A DNA stretch of 64,000 bases from Antedon mediterranea (lineage: Eukaryota; Animalia; Echinodermata): assembly GCF_964355755.1 (NCBI RefSeq), contig NC_092677.1, positions 7,400,101-7,464,100 of the forward strand, in the 5' to 3' direction. Below are positions 1-13,500 of this stretch, one piece after another. The number at the start of each line of letters is the position of its first letter. Within the stretch, counting starts at the first letter, position 1. A program made the position numbers and the translations under genes. The notes below the pieces were generated by a model that saw nothing but the letters and a program-made list of their open reading frames with translations, made no database searches and had not been told where the DNA came from.

Positions 1-3000
1 AAATTATTAATGTATTGTAGTGTAGTAGTTACTGTACTTACGTTTTTTTAAGTTAGAAGGATAGAAAATCCGAACACTATTTAAAATGTTAGCAAATATG
101 AGTGATGCAGTAGAGGACCAACAATGTAATAATATGGTGTAGGGATCTAGCTTTAATGGTAAACCACTACCTTCCTTGGAGAGCAGCAGAAGTTAACAGA
201 CATGCCCCAACTAACTTGTTATTTTACTAGGATTATACCCCGCCAAACTCAATCCACCAATCACATTCCTTGACCTCAGTTACGCCATTTACATGGGTAC
301 GCTGCTAAACAATCACAATAGGATGCCTAGTCAATTATCAAACTGTACCTGTCTGTCAAATGAAAGAGATAAGTGAACCAGGCATTAAATCATGAATAAT
401 TCATGAGCCAGGTGAAAACTGCAACTGTGATTGGCAGTGATGTCAGAATCCCAATGGTCAAACAGGTAAACATACAATACAGCACAGCACTGGTGGTACT
501 GTACAGTATTTGCAATAAACTCAACTAGTGTAGGCTGATAAGCTGTACAGTAGTAACTGTAGATGTTAAACTGTACTCAAGCTATTTAGTAAGCTGTATA
601 GTTGGTCTAGGCATTTTGCCATCTAACCCTTTGACACACTGTTGCCAAAGCCAAAGTTTCATTCTAGCCATCTTAAGTTAACCTGTTTTGGGGAAATGGA
701 GTTACTGTAATCTTACCTACTATACTGAAGCCCCACACTAGTCAAATTTTAAAAGAAAATTACATAATTACAGATTACTGTACACTATATTAAACTGTTT
801 GTTTCAAGCAGAACTTTAGTACACAGTAATGAGTTAGTAGTGCTGTATTCAACATTGGCACAATACATACAGTATACTGTACATATAGCTGTCATTTCAA
901 TCAAAAATCTACAGTACCAAAGACCTTGTGGGAAATGTGCAAAAAGCCACAAATGGGTTTCATTAGGAAAAAGACAGAATTCAAAATATTAACTTATTAA
1001 GGAATTAAGATCTTCCTGCAGTTACCATCTACTGTAGTCCACAATATTCTCTAATAACCTTTTGATTATATATAATATACAGTAATACTACTGTAATAAT
1101 AGTTTCCACAGGCAACATTAAACCACATTTGACCTGAAGTAGGTCAACAGGAAGCTAATTGAGGTTTAAAAAGTTTGTTTTCATAGGCATATGAGATCTG
1201 CGTACTACCGATAAGCACACAATAATGCGCACAAGATCTACTGAAACGAAAAAGCGGAAACGATTTATTCTAACTTCTGATCTTCGGAAAAGATGAATGG
1301 TTTCGATAGTCCAAGATTTGTAGACACTCTAGTAATAACGCACAATAATTTGTCAAGAAATCTGCTGATATTAAAGATAGGAACGATTCATTTCAACCTA
1401 CTATATCTAGTAGATAGAAGTGAAAAGCGTTTTTCATTAAAATTAAAACGTTTTAAAAAATGGAGAAATCTGCATTCCAGACATAAGCAAACAAAATCTT
1501 AAAAACCGATTTGCTTGAACTTGAATAACTTTTGAACCATCAATTTGTTACATGGCTACAGTATACAGTACGTACTGTAGTGTTAGTAATAATTACTGCA
1601 AGAGCACACAACGCATAACAAAATTTACTGGCATATTACAAATAAAAACTAAAAATGTTCACTTTTTGACTTCAATAATGCAAGCTTGGGAACATTCTGT
1701 AATTGTACTGTATAAAGTAGTAAATTTTAATTTCCACACAATGAATTCAAGATTTGACAGCATTTATTAGTTTTTGCCATTTCTCAAAGCTTTCTTCATC
1801 AAATGAAGAAAATTAAACAGGAACTTTCATTTTTCCGAAGACGCAGTAAATTTCCATTCATATTTTCTTATCACATGATTTTCATAATCTTGTTGTAAAA
1901 CTAGGTCAATGTAAGAGTTCAGACAAAGGTCTCTTATGAAAATTATAAGTAAAATAGTAAGTTTACTCAGACAGAAAATAACTATTGCAACTGTACATTT
2001 TATAAGAATAGAAATGTTAGGATTAAGTAGGACTTACTCTAGTAAATGTACAGCACACTAATGACTACATTATGTCAGTTTTTACAGTATACATATTATT
2101 TGTACTGTACAAATAATCAGATAAAGGAATGCTCTTTGTTGAATAACTTTAAACATGAGTGACAAAATACTGAAATTTAATTTAGCCAGTAGCTAAAGGG
2201 ATTATGTCAAAATTATTGTACTGACAGTACAGTACCTACATTTTTTTGAGCGGAGTTTGTTAGTAGTGTGACACAAAGGGACCCTTAGGGAAGATGAACG
2301 TAACAGTCCACTGCGCTTTGACACCAACTGTAGAAAGTGCAGTATAATGCAATGTAAATTGATTAGAACTGATTGTATTAGCGCTATAAACCCATACATA
2401 TTAATACAATGTGTACAACGCTGTACTTGTTCACGATTCCTACCACAACAAACCATGTGAATTTAAAATCTTTGAAAATTGCACCCTCCAGATGAAATCC
2501 TTGAATGTTTGCCCCTTTTGCTTTAACCACAATAAGAACATTGTAATACAGGAAGGAATTGTCGTCACCAGGCAACCGCAAAAAAACCTTTTGTACGTCA
2601 TGTTTACAGTTCAAGTAACTAAGTCGTGATTAGCCGATTTCTGACCCTACGGTATCTAGGAAAGTATCTTTAACCATGTTGTTAATGATCCCCTTGCCCT
2701 GAACCCCTTAATTTTATTTTTAAAAAAACCCATTGACTCGGTAACTGTAATGCAGTAAGGGTCAAAATTAAACAAAATTGTAATTTTCGCTATACTGTAT
2801 TGATATTATTATTAATATTAGTGTATTTTTCATAGAAACAATCAGCTGTTTATAAAAGATGACAATTTTCATTTTTAAAGATTAGCAAATTTTAAAAAGG
2901 TTCAAACATTGTGTAAACAGTCTGTATTATGAAATTGAATGATGGTTAAACTATTGTAATGATGGTAAAATAAAAACAAATAACTTTATTTAAGTGTACC

Positions 3001-3277
3001 TTTTCATCATTTCTGTTGTTGAACTTGTGTACTGTAATTACAAGTTACACAGAAGACAATCTTGAAATTCAAGCTGTTTTCATAATTACTTTACTCAATA
3101 ATGAAATATATTCTTTTCATGTGTACTTAATTTAAAACATGTTAAATGCATTGTTCTTTAACCGTTATCTACAGTAAAAACTAATGGTAGAAGTAAAGAA
3201 TATGAAAAATATTTCCAAATCAGTTATCATTACTGCAACATGGAAAAAAGAAAATAATGGCGTTTCAATTACCGTAC

Positions 3278-6200
3278 CTTTAACTTGTACAAACAACGTC
3301 CAACAAAAACTGAATACTTCAGTTACGGTGCAGTTAAGTCGTCTGTAGTAAAAAAACATTTGGTTTGAATAATCATACAGAAATTTAATACATGATTAAA
3401 ATTCATAAATAATTTGGAGGGATTTTATTTACTTGTGGGTAAATAAATTAGTTTATAGTTCTAAGGTTTCTAAAATAACGGATGACAATTTTGGATACTG
3501 TAACTCTTTAATCTTATTTAACTTTGGCAAAGGTCGCAACTCTGTACAATTAATTTTAACCCTTTATAAAACCATTAAATTCAGATTACCAAAAGAGAGT
3601 ACAGGTGATAAGATAGATTGTTGTTTATAAAAAAAATCAGGTTGTGTGCAGTTCAATTTCAATTGACCTGTGAATGATTATCCAGGGTACATTTAATACC
3701 CTGGTATTTTTAAAGTCAACATAGAGTTAATTCAGAGCACAGCACTATGGCATGCATTAAAATGCATTACTAGTAACTTTGGTGGTTACTAATCTATGAA
3801 GCTCAACAAACACTTAGCAAGACGCTACCAGGTGGTGGAAGACAAGTCCATAATTATAACATGATTTAGAGATGATCTGGAAAATTCCACTTCTATTATG
3901 ACCTCTAACCTCACAATATATTCATGTAAAGCATAAGATACTGTATATGCTACTAAATGTCAATCATCCAAAAAATGTTAAAATCATGTTATTTCATACT
4001 GTACATTACACAGTATATTTTTAGCAATACAATGTTGGCATGGAGTAACTGTATGTATTCTCACAAAGCTTAGAAACGGAATTCTGTAAAAGCCAAACTT
4101 TGCTAAAAAGTACAATATTTCTACAGTATACTGTTACGCCTACTAGGTTTCTGTGTAATGTAAATGAATACAGTATCAATCATTACCAGTTTATTCACAA
4201 CAAACATTTACAAATAATTTAAAAACATACCTTTGTTTCCTTCCACGGGGCGCTCTTGGCTGGTCCTTCGATGGGTCCTTAAATATCTCAATAAATATCG
4301 GTTTATATTTTTTGAATATGACACAAGACACATTAAAATTTCGTTCGAGACGATCTACTTTGTCACGGAATTTTTGCGGTAAGTTGGCCATGTCTGACCA
4401 TTTCTTCATCTTGTTAAAAAATTGGATGACGCTACAAGAAATATCAATTAATTTAAATTAGATTGTGGTTAATTTTCAATTCTGTCCTACCATTTAATAT
4501 GCAGGGATGAAGTAGAGAAGTAAATACTGTAGGGATTGATTGATTGAAATATATATTTATACTGGGTAATCTCTTCAGTCAATGACTGGTCTCCCAGAGG
4601 GCCCAGTTGGTGATCAGTGGCTGTGATGTACTACTGTAATACACCGGGGTAACCCCCTACTCGTCTCGAAAGATGTACAAGGTTCTTTAAAGTGCACATG
4701 AGCTAGATGTGTACACTGGACCTACGGTTTATAGTCCTTATCCGAGAAGACTCGTTCTACCACAAGAACAATGGATTGATTGGGATTGATGTCAAAATGG
4801 GTGTCTACAGTAGAAAATAATATTTTCAGTTACAGTAGTAAAGTTGTGTGTAGGAGAGTAGGCGTGTTAAAAATTGTGGTGGAAGATACACTAGTACAGT
4901 ACATACTGTAACTCTAATGCATAATAGGAAATGGTTTGCAGGATAATATGTTAAAAATGTTTATATATCCATCCCTTTAAACAAACCAAACTATTTGTGA
5001 TTAAAATGGATGTAATTTTGTTAAATTCCATTATTTTAGATACAATAATTTGTGAATACCGATCACAGAACCATGGGAGTTTTGACACTTTGATAAACAA
5101 AGTTAACGGACAAATGAATTTGTACAGATGAACAGCAGTAGGGTAGCATATGGTTCGGATAATGATTTTGCTAGGTTGTAAAATTTGCATGAGAATAGAT
5201 TGTCAGAGGGCAGTGATAATGGTATACAACACCACCACAGCAAGATTGCCGCTTTACCATGATAGAGTGTAACTTAATAGCTAAATATATTTAACAATGA
5301 AACATTATTTATACTATAGTTCCTACTGTAATATTCTAATTACACTTAATATTTAGTCATACTGTACAAATAAAATATAGGCTATATATAATATTGACAA
5401 TAACAAACATATTCAAATAAGACTAAGAGATGTTATTTGTTACAATAGTACAGAACAAACCCGATTCTACAAAACAAACACACAGAATTTATATTTAGAA
5501 CCTATAGTTAACATAACAATTTGTTGTTAATGGCATTTGGACAGTTTAAACAAAGTATTTAGAATAGGCCCTAACTCTTTGAATTCGGACGTTCCAACAT
5601 TAACGATTTTCCGAATTATCCTCAAACCTCCCAAATTTTAACAAAATGTCCCGAAAGTTTGGTTTTAGATAAAAAACATTTTTCAACATGTTTTTTTAAT
5701 TGTTTTTAGGTTATTTCTGTAATTAATGAATAATTTTAGAGACAACAGTATAAATTATATCTTCATGAAAGTCTAAAACCAAATATTTATTGTAAAACAA
5801 AAACCAATAACAATATTCCACGCCCTCTCCTCTCACACACAGACAGTCACCACAGATGGATGTCCCTTTAAAAATTAAATACCCATCTGAAGGTCAAATG
5901 CACATCAACATAATAAAAAATCTAGGGCTAGGCCTAAAATGTGTTCGAAATCAATACAAAACCTTTAATCAATATTCTAACCTTAGCTTTGAAGATCTTA
6001 ATAATCTTGTGAGAGACACACAGTTGCCTTCCATCATTTCTCGACCTCCGACAGTCGGAACTACGCTTTTTCGACATGAAACGTACAATGCACACGCCAG
6101 CCAGTGAAGATCATCACCCTAGAAAAAATTAAAATAAACTACTAAATCGAACAACTTAATCTATTACATTACCTATACTATACAATTGAAATATGTGGGA

Positions 6201-6506
6201 TGTAGGATTATTAAATAGTTTATTATTATTTTAATCATTACACCGAATGTAGCCCAGTAAAAACCTGACGATCTGAGCTAGGCCGTACACAAATCCAGCC
6301 AGGAAGCCGTGGCTAGCCCTAACTAAAGCCACCGCTAGAGCAGTCGACGAAGAAAACAAGATTTTTACCTCTAAAGTGTAGTTCAAACTAATCCTTTGGT
6401 AAGCCTCCCAGGCTACATCAATGGTTGTTTTATCCAAATTTAAGTCCAGACACAATTCATTAAAACGGTCCCGTATTTTTCCATCTTCTTCGCTGGGCGG
6501 CGCCAT
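3278..6506 (-). CDS. RBL1: Retinoblastoma-like pocket protein (p107/p130 family), first four coding exons; gene probably continues toward or beyond the left window edge
   Basis: GT-AG exons 6369-6506, 5982-6118, 4231-4431 and 3278-3342 splice in frame to MAPPSEEDGKIRDRFNELCLDLNLD...NYTLE/GDDLHWLACALYVSCRKS...EGNCVSLTRLLRSSKL/SVIQFFNKMKKWSDMANLPQKFR...RLERNFNVSCVIFKKY.../RLNCTVTEVFSFCWTLFVQVKG, the recognisable RBL1/RBL2 N-terminus. RBL1 vs RBL2 orthology cannot be resolved. Confidence 0.9.
4533..4782 (-). mobile_element. 5'-truncated SINE with Nin-type central domain
   Basis: Minus strand reads TCTTCTCGGATAAGGACTATAAACCGTAGGTCC...GCACTTTAAAGAACC...GAGTAGGGGGTTACCCCGG, which resembles the Nin domain as I recall it. 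It has a (TCAA)n-like tail, and GGATTGATTG is repeated at 4533-4542 and 4773-4782 (candidate target-site duplication). Confidence 0.65.
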
Positions 6507-6600
6507 ATTTTTTTGATATTTTTCGATATTATTTTCAGCAATTTTATATTATAACACTCACCGCGCGTCATCCATACTCTGTGTTTACGCAAAATTAAAG

Positions 6601-6633
6601 TCCCACCAAAACGGCGGGAAAAATTGAGCCAAT
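6601..6633 (-). promoter_or_regulatory. RBL1 proximal promoter with E2F site(s) and CCAAT box
   Basis: GGCGGGAAA at 6613-6621 (TTTCCCGCC on minus), an adjacent TTTGGTGGGA E2F-like site and CCAAT at 6629-6633, about 100-125 bp upstream of the ATG. Confidence 0.6.
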
Positions 6634-7565
6634 TTACCGCATATCATTGTTCATCCGCAGTTCTAAAAATTGTATTGAAATCTTTTTAACTGCTTTATAA
6701 ATAACAATATAATATTTCAAAATAAATATTATAATTAATTATTTTATATAAATTACTATAATATTTGCAAATACTGTAATACCTATCTAGGCAAATAGTT
6801 TAGTAGGTACAATACGTGGCGCGGATTAATAGCATCAGTGATACAACAAGCGGGCGGAGCCAAGTGCGTGCTATGTGTCAATCGGCGGTAACATCAACAG
6901 CAAGCAATGGGTTGAGTACAAGGTCATTGCATAATAAGCAAACGCTAGAAATATTGAGGGCGTTTAAAAAAAAAGTTCACAGACAATTTGCAGCAAGGGA
7001 AATCCCCTTGAAGAATGAACGTAAACTTTGTGGTTTGTCTACTCTAAGTATTTTCCAAGAAAATAAACGTACACAAATTGACATACCATCTTTATTTTTT
7101 TTTAGATAAAATTTTTATATGCCATAGAACATGCTACAATATATTTTAACAAGATGTGTCCATCATGAATTTGTCCATGCATTCATTATAAATTACTATT
7201 TTTTTGTCCAGGTTATATACTCTTAGATATCCATTATGATTATTTTGTTAACATTTCTTCTGCACAGCCAACATTAATTTTGTTTTTGGGAATCAAATAT
7301 ACTGAATTTTCGCAAATAATTTTTAGTGTAAATAAATAATATATCTTAAAATATATAACTTTTGTTTATACTTAATTTGAATAGAAGCACATTTAATAAT
7401 AAGTACATTTTTAGTGTGCTGTAATAACTGTACCAAGTACAATGCAACTAAGCAGACATCGTTTAGTCGGTAACACGCCATGGTGTTTTGACTAGCTATA
7501 TCTGCAGACTGTGTTAAATACAACCCATTAAATGAGCCCCAACAACCCATTGATCAACAGTTTGG

Positions 7566-10500
7566 TCAGCTATCGTCTGTGAAACACATTAGTTGAAATT
7601 GCATTTCACTTTTGTATTGATTCAGAAGTTCACTCAAGTATCTGTAAAAGAAAAAGGAAAACATCATTTTATTATTTGGGACCTGGTGTGTGGCATACTG
7701 ATGCATAATATGGGTGTTTTACTTACATTTTATCCTTTTCATTCCGCAGATCTGGAATAACACAGACGGCCTCAGTGAAAGAACCACTAAAAAGGAACAC
7801 AAATAGGTGTTGTTATTGATGAACAATATTGTATAGTATATCATCTGTATAGATTGTAACAGTGGCATTACAAAGAGGTCTGAGACCCCTGGTTTAGAGA
7901 CCCTAAGTGGGTTTTTTTTAGCATTTTTTAACATATGGGCCTTGCTCGGGGGCCCCTGGATTAAGCCAGTGAGTGCTTATAGCCAATAGTGTGTTGTGAT
8001 ATGTTTTGTAAATTAAACTTATCTGATTCTACATACCTGGAACTTAAAGGAATAAAAATAAAAAATATTGTGAGAGAGTAAATTATTTATCATGCACTAT
8101 ATAAAGTAAACACTTAATAACCATACCTGACAAAATTATACAACTCACCTAGTAGCGGCATTCCTATAGGGTGATAATGAATTATGCAATGCTGAAAGCT
8201 CTAGCCTAGCTTGCAAGGCGCCATTTTGACTAAACTTAGGAATACAGCTCATAAGACGCGACATCTCCTCAGACAGTGCTGTAAACACTTCGGTCATGAC
8301 ACGCATAAGAAACGCCGGTGCAATGGCGTGGATCTCAGCATGAATGGCTATAGACTTCATAACAGCTTCTTTTACATAGTTTCGCACTCCTAAAAAAATT
8401 AATAAATGCATGAACGCAATTATCTTTTATTATTTCACAAAGCAAAGTCTTTTGTCAATGTATTTTTTTGGCCCGAAGAAACGAATCCTGGTGGTAAAAT
8501 TTTAACAAAGACCTTATAATTTGAAACTTTTTCTGAAGATTGTAAAGTTCATAAAACTGTATATTTCTTGAAAATACAACGTGTAAGCTTAATATTTAAG
8601 CTTACATGTTGTATTTGATTTATAATTATTATAATGATAATCTATTTTCATTAGCAACAATGTCGCAAATACAAATTCCACACATAGACATAATGATATT
8701 GTTGATTACAGATCCCATTGTTTCAATACAAAAGAACCCATTTATTGGAACACCCATATTCAGAACCCTAACCCTGAATGAGGGCCAATACATTTTAACA
8801 CTAAGGTCAAGCCCTATTCAGGGGACACCCTTATACTGACAGTATATCTCTTCTGTAATACAATTCAATTCAATTCAATTCACTTTTATTTCAGAACAAA
8901 GTCCATATCATAAAAAAAAAAAAAAATAAATAAATAAATATTTATTTATATTTATATATTTATACCAGTAGGCCTAGGGCAATCACTCCAGTCCATATTT
9001 CCTGCATACATTCCTTGTTCGAGTGCTCCTATTAAAGGTTCAATCTTCTGCTCACAGTAAGCCTCAAAGATCTTTTCATCAAGTTCAGCATATGATTCCA
9101 AAGCATTCTGAAAATAAAGTGTATTTACATCATTCAAACACCACAGACTATCAATTATTAGTGTTAAATTCATTGATTACAATTTTTTTAAATTAAATTG
9201 AATACAATTGCACAAGGAAGGAATTGACAGCAACATTATATTCTACTAAGATACAGTATTAGTGAATATGTTTAATGGTTTGCAATAACAATTAAACGAT
9301 ATTGTAAAAACATACATTTTCAACTTCTTGTGCTTTTGGGTATCCTTGCTTGTCAAATTGCTCCTTAAGTTGGTGAATAATATTTTGAGATACATAGCTG
9401 CAGTTGCTAAGCATTATCACAAGACACTGTTCCTGTGAAAACAACAATTAAAAGGCTATTAGTTAAGAGGAACTTTAATCGCAAGTTGCCAATATGTGTA
9501 TACAGTATTGTACAAGTTCCAGCTTTGTTGTTTAAATTAGCAAATGTAAATGCCCATTTCTCACAATAATCAACTTCGATCAACTTAACTTTTAATTTAA
9601 ACCATTGAAATGAGTTGATTAAACAGTTTAGGTAAAGTTTAAAGACCTTTCAATATTCTGTTACTTACAACCGAGGGTTGGGTATCTTCAGTGAAGAACA
9701 CACTCTGAGAATAATTATTAGAATCACTGAGGAAAAATTAAAAAATCATTATAAAACTCAAACTACTTGGAAAGAAAAACATGTTCTAAGATATCTCTGG
9801 TAGATGTGTAGCATTTTAATAGTAGATTTGCCTAGGATACCATTTTTCTCGATTTCCTTCAAAGTGTGTTGTGAGAAATAACAGCCATACCTTTTGAGTC
9901 TAGTATTATCATCCACATCCCCTTCAAATGCTAGCTTATCCAATGTGGTAGAAAAGGCCTAAGAAATAACAAAAATATATTATTATATAGCCTAGGTTCT
10001 ACACAGTGATTAGTATTTTGGCACACATGGCGTGTCATACTTATACTTGAGCTAAAATCACTAAAATGCTGATACTCATAAAGGAATAAGCATAAAATTA
10101 AAATAAAAAATCGATATATACTGACATTTTTGTATTAAAATAAAAAATTTAATTTCTTGAATACAAAACAGTATTTTTCTTACTGGTTACTGTATTACAA
10201 TAATATTCTAAAAATCAAATTACATAGTATTATTCTCTTACAATTAATGCATTTACGCATAGTTCCACAGTTTTTTGTTGTACATCGTAATCCATGAAAA
10301 TCTAAAATAGAAAGAACCGAAAAAAAACCAAACAAGTCAGACACTTTTATTCCACCTCCAATATGGACACCAATATCAAAATTGGTGTTTAGAAGGGTTG
10401 ACAGGCTTATACCCAATTCAGTGCTATACCTACATCAGTTTCACCCTTCCAAGCACACTTGACAACCTCCTGTACATGCTGTAGTGTTTCTAATATGATG

Positions 10501-13500
10501 CTTTCAAATAGCAACGGCTGAAACCAATAATGAAACAAACAGAATTGAATAAAATAACTGTGGTAAACTGGAGCCGCACGCACATTTTCAATATAGGAAG
10601 TCTCCTACATTATTTAATGGTATTACCTTAGCGTTGCCATTATAGAAATATTATGGCTACAGTATATTCACCATCACATATCACACCATCTCACAAACTC
10701 AAGCTTGGTTCCCACTAGAACGTAACGCAAGGACGTAAACGCAACGCAAGCGTTTTAACCAATGACAAACGAAGTTATAGACAGTTAGCAATCAAAAGCG
10801 AATAAGCCATCGCTTGTGATTGGTCAATTCACTTGCGTTGCGTTACGTCCTTGCGTTGCGTAGCTAGTGGGTACCACGCTTTAGCCAAAACAAGAATATA
10901 ACACCTAGACACCACGTACTGTAATAACAGGTTATTCATAATGAGATTTACCAGATTTGTGATTCCTCCACTATCATCCACTTGAAGTTGCCATGTTTCT
11001 CTTGCACTCAATGCACGGACCTCTGCACATACAAAATAATAAATATGATTTAGTAAAAAGTTAGTAAAAAAATAGATATGTAAAATTGACATATGTTGAT
11101 GGATATTCCTTGGAGCTTAAAGGGATAAATTGTGCACAGGTGACTTTTATCTCCACGAACTCTCCTAAAATTCAAGATTTTTGATCCTGTATTCAAAGAT
11201 AATTAGAAAGAAATCACCCATTTCTGAGAAGTTTTAACACTTGCCAGTACTGTATGTGTTGTAAGCAAGCTTACTCAGGAAAAAGTGTGGAAAAAACATA
11301 TGAAAAGAGTGTTATTAATTATCGTATGGCATGGGCCTTGTGAGGAACCAATCATGTACAATATTGATACTGCCATGTTCTAGATTACGACAAAAACCAA
11401 ACATACCATCAGCTGCCTCTTCAAACAGCTTGATCATACAGTGAACTCGGAGGTCAGTGATAAGTTCATTAAGATTCTCCAAAGCAGCAGATGGCACGTC
11501 AAGAGAAGAAAGAGTTGTTACGATTGATCTACAGGAAAAAAATCTCAAATGTATGTCTCACCAAGATCTAACACAACTTTGAGTAGGAAATTGGCGAGTA
11601 ACTTAGATACACCTGGTGTTCAATGCAAGTTTCCATATTCCTGACACATACTTACAAGACTATGGAGATACCTACCTCCAAGCACAGACAAAGTCAAGTA
11701 CCCAGAGGCATTATGCTGATTTAGGGATCCTAAATAGCCCTCCAACCCTAGAGGCATTGAGCATTTTTCAACATAGTTTAATGCTTAGTGTTTCCTCTGG
11801 GCCCTGCTTAGGTTTGGGAACCCTGAGCTTAGCCAGTGTCAAAATGAACCTACTGTGGGTACTGTGATGCTTCAGACCAAATTTTAGTACTAACATATAG
11901 ATGACCTGTTATAGGCCTACCTTAATTTTCTAACACATTGTGGTAGCCATGCAGAGGCACTTTCATGAGTAACCTCATTCCACAATCCATATTTCTGCTG
12001 TTCATGCTTTGGCAGTTTGGACAAAGAATCTGGCAAAAAGGCTGCTCTAACCAGGTACGATAACAGCTTCAAAATTTCCGAAACCATTTTCTAAGAGAGC
12101 AACAATTAACAGTAAATAATTAGTAAAACAGCATTCCCACTCTAACACAATACATTACACAACTAGTAAAGTAGTATATCTTCCCAATTGTATTAACTAT
12201 GTGCCTTTATATTTAGTGTTCAGATTAAGTAAATGCAAAGTGTTCACCAAAAAATAATTCTAAATATTGTATTGACCAAGAAAAAAGCAAGCATTTCGCC
12301 CAATCCCTGATTCAATTGATACAGTTGGCAAAAATAAAGAGCAATACTGTTTTCAAAGTGTTTCATTGATGGAAAGTTAACTGTACAAATAGCTATATGC
12401 TCATAAGAGATATTTTAGGGCCTGTTTCCACTGAGCAAAATAATATGGTCTCAATAATCAAACACTGGTTTAAAAAGAAAACGGTTTCTGTTGATCAATT
12501 TTTAGGTGCAACTCTGTCTTTTTAAAAAAGTAAAACTGGTTTAGAAGGAAAACCGTTCCCTTTGGAGATTTTTCAATAAAAACACATCCTTCAGTGTGTT
12601 AATAATATAACATTTATCATTTAGTTATTTATCATTGACATAGGGGAATGTGCAATTTAAAGTTCTTATCTTGTGCCATAGAGATGATGAAATATTTTTC
12701 ATTTAATAATTGCATTTCTGATACAGTCATACATTTTCTCATCACTGAGTCGTTTAGAACTTTCTCTTTCTAAACTGTATTATGATTTTCTTATGTTATA
12801 TATATATATATATATACTGTATATATATAACACTGATGAAGGGCTAGTGTTGCCCGAAAGCTCTGCTAAACTTTTCTGGCTGTTTTACTTCTCGTTTTGA
12901 TTTAGCTTTTCGCTTTTATTTTGTATCTCCATTGAGATCCAGCCACTGATACCCACAGCATTGTCATTTTTTCAGTAATTTGCCTTTGGATTTATATATA
13001 TATATATAAATAAATGATAAAGACGCTAGTAAATTACCAACTGAACATTTTATTGCACTACATGCTGTTTCATGAGTATGAACTCAATCTTCAGGTGCTT
13101 GGCTCTGAATGATAGTCACAAGTGAATACAAAAAGCTATAATGAAGTTGTAAGGCAAACTGTTTATGTGAACAATAGTATGTTAATTAGCAAGTATCTCT
13201 ATTTCCTGGACAGTCTATTGTTAACCAAATTCCTATTATCTAAATTACTGATACCTTAATAGAAACTTTCTCCTATGTCTACATGCACTGACTAATTCGT
13301 TCCTATGGTTAAGTGAGCTGGTTTCAGGCTTCCATATGATATAATACTTCTCTTGTAAACATAGATTACACCGTTTGTTAACATTGGAATATGGTTTACA
13401 CTTCTTTATTATTCGCCATATAATGTTATACTTTATGTTATCATCTTTTAGCTTCCAGATATACTGGCTAAGTGTTGTGCTGTTTTTCTATTTAACATTA

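Noticed and set aside
1790-1940. Possible fifth RBL1 exon
   Set aside because: The translation does not match the expected GNF..I.DDLVNSYHLLLC segment, and I found no convincing splice sites.
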